The position numbers and the translations under genes are program-made. 12,299 nucleotides of DNA, taken from contig JBNKNM010000172.1 in assembly GCA_050293845.1 (NCBI GenBank), positions 1 to 12,299 of the forward strand, in the 5' to 3' direction. The DNA is from Pseudobacteriovorax sp. (GTDB lineage: Bacteria; Bdellovibrionota_B; Oligoflexia; Oligoflexales; Oligoflexaceae). Each line of letters starts with the position of its first letter. The stretch's first letter is position 1. Positions 1 to 5,501 of the stretch are shown here, piece by piece. The notes beneath the pieces were generated by a model. The model worked only from the letters and a program-made list of their open reading frames with translations. It searched no databases and had not been told where the DNA came from.

Positions 1-102
1 ATAATAAAGTTGCTCCACTAAAAGAGATAACAACTTTTTCTCCAAGGTTTCCACACAAATCAACATAGAAACTGACACAGCCCTCAATAAAAAGGGGGGC
101 AT

Positions 103-253
103 TAGTGTGGCGCTGACTTAACTCTAAGATCTTGTTTACTCCGGTGTGAGCGTCTTAAAGCGCTCATGGGAGCTTTCCAGGGATCATAATCTGATTTTAC
201 CGATTAAGGATATAAACTTCTTCTATTCTAGCGATGGTTGTCAGCGCCGACTA
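103..253 (+). ncRNA. Candidate structured non-coding element/RNA of unknown class
   Basis: Closing inverted repeat GGCGCTGAC (109-117)/GTCAGCGCC (240-248), extendable to TAGT/ACTA (103-106/250-253). Nested pairings GTTTA 134-138/TAAAC 213-217 and CGGT 142-145/ACCG 199-202 enclose three hairpins (147-166, 168-178, 180-198). G-U pairs work on the + strand. No ORF covers it. Confidence 0.5.
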
Positions 254-313
254 TAAGTTTCAAATCATACCATTTACCGAGCCATTCATCGTATCAAATG
301 AGAGTTAAAATAT

Positions 314-988
314 TTAGGATCGGCATTTTTTATAACTATATTTGTAACCTACTGATGAACTGGAGACCGCTTGATCAAATGTGAGTAGAGCTTTTTTTGT
401 TTGTACCTTTATTTTTGTAGTGATTTTCGCATCCTTCCCACATTTTGAGATCCCATAAGCCTTAGCTGATACGTATAGATCACCATCGACCTTGGTTTTA
501 TCGGAATCTTTCCAAAGAAGCAAATGATTAAACTGAAGTGAAATTGACATTTTCGCCTTATGCTCCACATTATAGGCCATCGCTTGAGCACTAAATTCAC
601 TAGCCTCAATGTACTCACCTTCGCGACCTTTTATGATTATGGTGACAATACAAGTTTTTTTCTCATCTTCTGAGAGATCTAGGTTTAGGTTGAAAAGCTC
701 TACATCAAGTTTTTCGACATCATAAGATCCATTGGCGCAAGCAGTATTTTCATGGAATCGAATTTCGACTTGTCTATCATCGGGTGTCTCGCCATCAGGA
801 GTCTCACCATCAGGAGTCTCACCATCAGGAGTCTCACCATCAGGAGTCTCACCACCGGGCGTCCCGCCATCATTGGTATCGCCATCGTCCTTAGCTGGTT
901 GATCATGGGCTGGGGTAGAATTTGAATCATGGTGAGTACCACAACCATAGATGTAAATGGACAGAATCCATACAAATAAAATACGCAC
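314..988 (-). CDS. Lipoprotein with acidic Pro/Gly repeat linker and DUF4360-like C-terminal domain
   Basis: GTG start with SD AGGGAG upstream; signal MRILFVWILSIYIYGC ends in a lipobox-type Cys; GETPD repeats. The C-terminal ~145 aa carry four Cys in the DUF4360 pattern (TACANG, KKTCIVTI, SKCG, terminal YKKC). Family call is by eye. Confidence 0.75.
   Translation of the reverse strand: MRILFVWILSIYIYGCGTHHDSNSTPAHDQPAKDDGDTNDGGTPGGETPDGETPDGETPDGETPDGETPDDRQVEIRFHENTACANGSYDVEKLDVELFNLNLDLSEDEKKTCIVTIIIKGREGEYIEASEFSAQAMAYNVEHKAKMSISLQFNHLLLWKDSDKTKVDGDLYVSAKAYGISKCGKDAKITTKIKVQTKKALLTFDQAVSSSSVGYKYSYKKCRS
779..868. repeat. 15-bp coding tandem repeat: 4 perfect plus 2 degenerate units encoding GETPD
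   Basis: ATCAGGAGTCTCACC at 794-808, 809-823, 824-838 and 839-853; degenerate units ATCGGGTGTCTCGCC (779-793) and ACCGGGCGTCCCGCC (854-868). Confidence 0.97.
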
Positions 989-1498
989 TTTCTTCTCCCT
1001 ATCAGACGTTGTTATTTTAGTTCTCTAAATCTATAACTTTAGTCATTTGAGAGAGGGTACACGTAGCGGAAAAGACTTTAAATCATCGGATTTAATAGCT
1101 TATTTCCATTAAAACATACTTAATTTCAAATTCCTTAAGAAATTTTTAGACAAGAAGATACGAATAGTGCGAGTCAGTTAAATCTCCAGTATCTTACGAA
1201 CTTTAAAGTTCTTTTTACTTGCCTTATTCTTATGGGCTACCCTAAATTAATCGGTTTCGACATTCTGCTTCCTTACCAAAAGTATTAATGCCTTAGGATG
1301 ATAAGAGAATTAGCGATTAAATTTGGAAAAATTACTTTTTTTCATTTTGTTTTGTCTAAACTGCCAAACAAATAACGATGGCGGCGAAGGTAGTCGCCAC
1401 AAAGGCTTTATTAGCAGAGGGATCTCCCATCGAAGAACCATTGAAACTTTTAAAGCAAATATCTAACCTTATGGGGCATATGGCCCCCTAAGGAAGAC

Positions 1499-1529
1499 AA
1501 AGGGGATAATGATAGTATCTCCTTTTTTT
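1499..1529 (+). terminator. Rho-independent terminator
   Basis: Stem AAAGGGGATA (1499-1508)/TATCTCCTTT (1516-1525) with one G-U pair on the + strand, running into a 7-T tract that ends at 1529. Preceded by hairpin CCTTA-T-GGGGC/GCCCC-C-TAAGG (1467-1493). Confidence 0.65.
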
Positions 1530-1539
1530 AAATGCGCTG

Positions 1540-1590
1540 AAAAACTCCTCCTCAAAGCTTAAGTTAGAACGCGATCAGTGATGGGAGGAG
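1540..1590 (-). terminator. Possible terminator for the minus-strand metal operon
   Basis: CTCCTCC (1545-1551)/GGAGGAG (1584-1590) stem followed on the minus strand by a 5-T run (1544-1540). The ~32-nt loop is unusually long. Confidence 0.35.
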
Positions 1591-1602
1591 GTCTATTAAG
1601 CC

Positions 1603-1722
1603 GGAATCCGAAAAATTCATCGCTTGCTGCGTTATGTCAATTTTACAAAATCCTCATATACCTTGGTACGCTGCGGTTTAGTAAAGCCATCATACCTTGC
1701 ACTCGATGTTTTTTCGAATTCC
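1603..1722. repeat. 120-bp ERIC-like palindromic miniature element (MITE-type)
   Basis: Imperfect terminal inverted repeats GGAATCCGAAAAATTCATCG (1603-1622)/CGATGTTTTTTCGAATTCC (1704-1722). Internal GCTGCGTT...TACCTTGGTACGCT...CCTTGCA organisation and size recall ERIC-like intergenic repeats. Confidence 0.7.
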
Positions 1723-1770
1723 TCAGAACCGTTACTAAATTTTTAAATTTTTCCGATCTGGGATTAAGAA

Positions 1771-2718
1771 CTACATCGACTCAGGCATATTAACTGTAGG
1801 AACGGGAATGGTAATAGAATCCCACGATCCATTGACTTGAGCATCTAAAAGGATGACCCAACTGTGATTACCCATATTAGGCATGTTGAATAAGATGTTT
1901 TCAACACGAAAAATATAAGGTTCAGAGGCATTCTGATAAACCATATGATGGTTATCAAAGTTACCATGACCCATCGTAGGCATATAGGGGCGGAAATCAT
2001 CGGCAGTGAATTCAACTTGGCCTGCAGTAGTCACGTTTTCATCTGCGTAAAAGGTGATTTTAACCCAATTGTTTTCCCTACCTGCGGATGAAGCTAACAT
2101 TGGGGAAGACCAGTGAGCCGAAACAAAGAACCATCCATTGTCAGAACTCAGCAATGCTAATTCTTGGGTACTTCCAGAGTCAGGTTGTTGAACTTGTGAA
2201 TCTAGTGTGTGTTCAGGTTTAGGCTGAGGTGCTTGGATTTCACTATCTCCGCTTTCCATTCCTCCAACTTCAGGAACTTCGATTTTGAAAGTCTCTAAAG
2301 TACCCTCAATATTTGCGTCTAGAAGAATGACCCATTTGTGATCACTAGTACTACCCATGTTGAAATATATATGTGAAATATATGCATGGGCAGCTTCTAG
2401 CCTTATCTGATGCCGATTATCGTGGTTACCATGTCCCATAGTTGGCATAAATGGTTTAAAGTCATCCGCTGAAAATGCGATGGCATTCACCTCATGATTA
2501 TCAGCAGTGTAAAAGTATAGCTCGACAGTATTGGATTCTCGGTGGGACTCACCGGCAACAAGAGGTTGTGACCACTCAGCGATCACTTTATATTCTTTAG
2601 AGTCAGATAAATATGCCACTTGATCATCTAATGTTTCTCGGTTTTCGGGATCTTTAGAGGAAGACACCGAACAAGCTGTTATCAGGTGGATCAATAGAAT
2701 AGCAGTTAAAAATTTCAT
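1771..2718 (-). CDS. Lipoprotein with two tandem YtkA/FixH-like domains, putative metal (Cu) binding
   Basis: Lipobox LITAC (Cys16). Internal duplication with FKPFMPTMGHGNHDNRH and FRPYMPTMGHGNFDNHH, each followed by FNM...HxWVILLDA. MPxMxHG...F.M.G.W is the YtkA-like signature. The SD in TAAGGA overlaps the upstream stop codon. Confidence 0.85.
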   Translation of the reverse strand: MKFLTAILLIHLITACSVSSSKDPENRETLDDQVAYLSDSKEYKVIAEWSQPLVAGESHRESNTVELYFYTADNHEVNAIAFSADDFKPFMPTMGHGNHDNRHQIRLEAAHAYISHIYFNMGSTSDHKWVILLDANIEGTLETFKIEVPEVGGMESGDSEIQAPQPKPEHTLDSQVQQPDSGSTQELALLSSDNGWFFVSAHWSSPMLASSAGRENNWVKITFYADENVTTAGQVEFTADDFRPYMPTMGHGNFDNHHMVYQNASEPYIFRVENILFNMPNMGNHSWVILLDAQVNGSWDSITIPVPTVNMPESM

Positions 2719-2728
2719 AAAATATTCC

Positions 2729-3610
2729 TTATATTAATATATATTGTAGAGCTACTGTTAGAGAATCCTGAGCGAAGCCATTACTATTGAATGAAGAGAT
2801 TCCCCGTTTATTATATGTCAATCTAAATAGAGCTTCCTGGCTCCACTTTTGATCATAGGTTAGAAATATAGTTAGGTTACTGAAGTCACTTCCATCTTGT
2901 GTTTCACCATTTATTGATTTAGTAGCCTGATAATCATGAACTAAGCCTGAAATCACTTTGCCGGTAAAGGGATGATCACGTCCAATAGTTATTATTGATT
3001 GAGCTTTCCTACCATTATCAATTGTTACCCCCGAAAATGTTCGCTGTTTGGCAAAAGTTTCAGTATGGGCTAGCCCAAATTTCCACTTAGAAAGCCCCCA
3101 CCAGAGGTCTGTTCCTAGGGTCCATTCTTCAAATCCAGTACCGAAGACATCTAGTTGATGCTCATCAGAGCTTTGCTGGATTCCGCGTGCACCGGAAGGT
3201 TTGTAGGCAACACTAGCTTTCCATTGTGGTATTTGAGGGCTGGAAAAATTAGCTAATTGTAAAAAATAATTTACTGTGAACAGGGGATCTCCTAAATTTG
3301 TCCTTTCATCTGACCCCTTTAAATTATTGATCCATGGAGCTGAAATTGTGAGGTAAGCTTTTCTTAGAAAACGATAACCCCCTGCAATAAGGAGTGTTCT
3401 CTTGGTATCAGAAGAGTTTACCCTAAGGGCTTCACCTTCCTTGCTGATATTTCGGAAGGAATTGGTTTGGGTTAATCCAATGTGAAACTTCAGCGTCTCA
3501 TTAGGATACAAAAAAAGAGGAGAATTTCCTCCTGACCCACAAGACGCGCATGCTAGTAACTGCTGAGAGTTTAGCCAATAGAATAATAGTATCGCTACCA
3601 AAAAGCGCAT
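2729..3610 (-). CDS. Putative outer-membrane beta-barrel ('transporter'-like) with N-terminal CxxC
   Basis: Probable start is ATG at 3610 (MRFLVAILL..., SD-like AAAGG upstream) rather than the GTG at 3646. The signal peptide ends ..LLA and is followed directly by CASCG (3539-3550). LGD and GTG motifs, alternating beta-strand pattern and C-terminal LTVALQYILI fit this barrel class. Confidence 0.75.
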   Translation of the reverse strand: MRFLVAILLFYWLNSQQLLACASCGSGGNSPLFLYPNETLKFHIGLTQTNSFRNISKEGEALRVNSSDTKRTLLIAGGYRFLRKAYLTISAPWINNLKGSDERTNLGDPLFTVNYFLQLANFSSPQIPQWKASVAYKPSGARGIQQSSDEHQLDVFGTGFEEWTLGTDLWWGLSKWKFGLAHTETFAKQRTFSGVTIDNGRKAQSIITIGRDHPFTGKVISGLVHDYQATKSINGETQDGSDFSNLTIFLTYDQKWSQEALFRLTYNKRGISSFNSNGFAQDSLTVALQYILI

Positions 3611-3647
3611 AATAGCCTTTCTACTAATTAAGAAATAATAGTACACG

Positions 3648-3671
3648 CAGCATCAATAAATATTGCTGCTG
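3648..3671 (-). promoter_or_regulatory. Intergenic hairpin between the HPP ORF and the barrel gene
   Basis: Minus strand CAGCAGCAAT-ATTT-ATTGATGCTG, 9 of 10 bp paired, about 45 nt after the leader stop and about 38 nt before the barrel ATG. Confidence 0.45.
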
Positions 3672-3716
3672 TTCAAAAAATCTAAAATTTTCGCATATTT
3701 GTGTGTATGGAAAAGA

Positions 3717-4052
3717 TCAAAAAATGGGAGGGTGAAAGATGTCAGATAAGACTAGAAAGAAGTGAATTTTGGGCTCCTGGAATAGCAGAATAGAGACTTG
3801 ATCTACAATGAAATAGAATCCTTCATGGGAGTTAAAGCTGTGGCAGATAAAAGGAAACTCGAATTTAAAGCAACGACAATCTGTGGTGTCAAAGTAATCT
3901 GCATTGGGGGGCACTGGGGATGCTTCTTCTTCGTGGCAAGCCATCTCACCAACTGCTAGAAGGTCAGACAAAAAGGCTTCTATGGGTTTACAGCGCGATA
4001 TTTCTATGAAGCCAATGAATATTGATACATATAAAATGAAAATCTGCTTCAA
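3717..4052 (-). CDS. Small Cys/His-rich protein with C-terminal FHPP motif (DUF2946/HYC_CC_PP-like leader protein)
   Basis: TTG start with AGGGG SD; hydrophobic N-terminal segment; MACH, CRC and CHSFNSH clusters; ends DIFHPPIF. First gene upstream of metal-motif envelope genes. Confidence 0.7.
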   Translation of the reverse strand: MKQIFILYVSIFIGFIEISRCKPIEAFLSDLLAVGEMACHEEEASPVPPNADYFDTTDCRCFKFEFPFICHSFNSHEGFYFIVDQVSILLFQEPKIHFFLVLSDIFHPPIF

Positions 4053-4078
4053 TCCAAAACCCCTTCAAGAATTATTGG

Positions 4079-4107
4079 AATTTAATCCAATCAATCTGTT
4101 CTGGCAA
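4079..4107 (-). promoter_or_regulatory. Sigma70-type promoter for the HPP leader operon
   Basis: Minus strand TTGCCA (4107-4102), 17-nt spacer, TAAATT (4084-4079), 26 nt before the TTG start. Inverted repeat GAGAAT-N9-ATTCTC at 4125-4145 lies just upstream. Confidence 0.5.
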
Positions 4108-4191
4108 GGAGTTAATCGAACTCTGAGAATAAATTACTCATTCTCCTGATGTTTCCTAAATTCATGATAAAATTCTTGCAATAATTTAGAC

Positions 4192-4456
4192 GGTAGTGTG
4201 GCAAAAATTTGTATATATACGGTAATATCCTTCAGCGGACGCAGTTATGCAGCGCGCGCCATAAAGCCCTCTTGGGGAGTCTGCCCTGGGATTTCAATCT
4301 GATTACGATAAAGCATGGAACCATTTCAATTCCTGTGATTGTAGTCGCTACCGACCTGAAGTTTTGAAAACCCATCATAGGCCTTGTCATTCTTCAAATC
4401 AAACGGTGACTTTGCTCGATTATATTGTTTAGATATTTCACCTGCCTCACCTCAAT
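4192..4456 (-). mobile_element. IS6-family insertion sequence remnant (3' end plus right inverted repeat)
   Basis: GGTAGTGTGGCAAAAAT (4192-4208) resembles IS6-family ends (IS26 GGCACTGTTGCAAA; IS257 GGTTCTGTTGCAAA) and lies 36 nt beyond the transposase remnant stop. No left end found. Confidence 0.85.
4245..4456 (-). pseudogene. IS6-family DDE transposase C-terminal fragment with internal stop and frameshift
   Basis: Manual translation: IEVRQVKYLNNIIEQSHRLI*RMTRPMMGFQNFRSVATTITGIEMV, frameshift near 4318, then MLYRNQIEIPGQTPQEGFMARAA*. Matches the IS6 signature KYLNNxxEQDHRxIKR...GFKSF...GIE. In-frame TGA at 4394-4396. Confidence 0.9.
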
Positions 4457-4479
4457 AGCTACGAGCCCCTCCAGGAAGC

Positions 4480-5037
4480 CTAAGATAGATTATTGTCACT
4501 TTTAATCAGATTAATGATCTCAGACTTAGTGCCATAGTCAAGGTAACCACCCTTATCAGTATAAAGCTTGAACCCAAAAATACCTCTACCTTCATAAACA
4601 AGCTCTCTCACTTCAGCCCCGAGTGCTTCTAACTCTTCCCATAGATCTCTCACCTTTTTAGGCTGTGAATGTTTCACCAATTCCAAGAGCTTTTCAGGTA
4701 TTGCGATGGATGGATCTAATAACCTTTTAGCATAGAGGATTCTTAACTCTTTCTCTGGATCGATGACCTCCGCTAGGTTCGGATCACAATTACATACAGC
4801 ATCCTTGATCTGATTAATTAAAGTCTTATTGTCTGTCAATTTTTCCAGACTCTGACCATTAATAGCATTACAAAATGATCTAGCTTCCTGGTCATTATAT
4901 TTTAGAAATGGAAGATTATCATGATAGAACCAGTGAAAGTTATACCAGAATTCCTGAGAGCAATCCGTACAATAAAACTTAAACCTATTTCGACCTGCTT
5001 GGGTTTTCCCTGACATTTTTTTGAAATCAATATTCAT
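4480..5037 (-). CDS. Hypothetical protein with N-terminal CxxC, possibly mobile-element derived
   Basis: 185-aa ATG ORF with SD-like GGAG/AGGGG upstream; FYCTDC plus further Cys/His residues; no family recognised. Confidence 0.65.
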   Translation of the reverse strand: MNIDFKKMSGKTQAGRNRFKFYCTDCSQEFWYNFHWFYHDNLPFLKYNDQEARSFCNAINGQSLEKLTDNKTLINQIKDAVCNCDPNLAEVIDPEKELRILYAKRLLDPSIAIPEKLLELVKHSQPKKVRDLWEELEALGAEVRELVYEGRGIFGFKLYTDKGGYLDYGTKSEIINLIKSDNNLS

Positions 5038-5206
5038 TCTAACCCCTGCTCCCTATTAAAAGTCCAGTAATAAATTAAACTACCCTTACTAATTAAAAAT
5101 TACTTAAATCTACCATTCCATTTGAATGGATTCCAGTGACATCTAGAGCCTGTGTTTTGTGCTCGAATAAGCTTTGAGAAATAATTTCCCACAATTGAAA
5201 GGAAAT

Positions 5207-5386
5207 ATGATGGGGTATTACATTCGAAAGCTTGATGGGAAGAAAAGCCAACCTAAATGGAAACTTCAGTTTGTTTCATACCAATCTAACCATAGTGAAC
5301 CATCAAAAATCGAAAAACCGAAGAAGGAATGGGACATTCCCAAAGAAAGATGGTCTTCCCAAACTTCCTCCAAGTCTGGATTGTGA
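5207..5386 (+). pseudogene. Truncated N-terminus of a larger basic protein, possibly a tyrosine recombinase/integrase
   Basis: SD AAAGGA (5198-5203) precedes ATG 5207/5210. MGYYIRKLDGKKSQPKWKLQFVSY...KPKKEWDIPKERW looks like a real N-terminus and then loses protein-like character after ~5352. The integrase resemblance is from recollection only; no catalytic residues are present. Confidence 0.4.
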
Positions 5387-5501
5387 GGAAGTTCTTCGTC
5401 CGTTACCAAGAGATCTCTTAAAGTTACTAGAGTTCTTTCAATTTGAGCTGAGATTAGAGCTTCCTGTCGAATATCAACAAATAAGCGCTACCCCCTTGCA
5501 G

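Noticed and set aside
779..868. Tandem repeat as a CRISPR array
   Set aside because: Units are 15 bp, contiguous, have no spacers and lie in frame within a CDS; no cas genes are present.
409..975. ORFs 409-618 and 700-975 (minus strand)
   Set aside because: Alternative frames inside the lipoprotein gene; the VRLLM repeat is just the GETPD repeat read out of frame.
1578..1793. 71-aa + strand ORF
   Set aside because: Runs through the palindromic element and overlaps the YtkA-like gene end in antisense; no protein-like features.
3611..3646. GTG start at 3646 for the barrel gene
   Set aside because: ATG at 3610 has an SD-like sequence and gives a normal-length signal peptide.
3904..4149. 81-aa + strand ORF
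   Set aside because: Antisense to the better-supported HPP leader gene and its promoter.
4175..4204. Hybrid promoter from the outward TTGCCA in the IS6 inverted repeat
   Set aside because: No acceptable -10 hexamer at 16-18 nt spacing; TAAATT is only 10 nt away.
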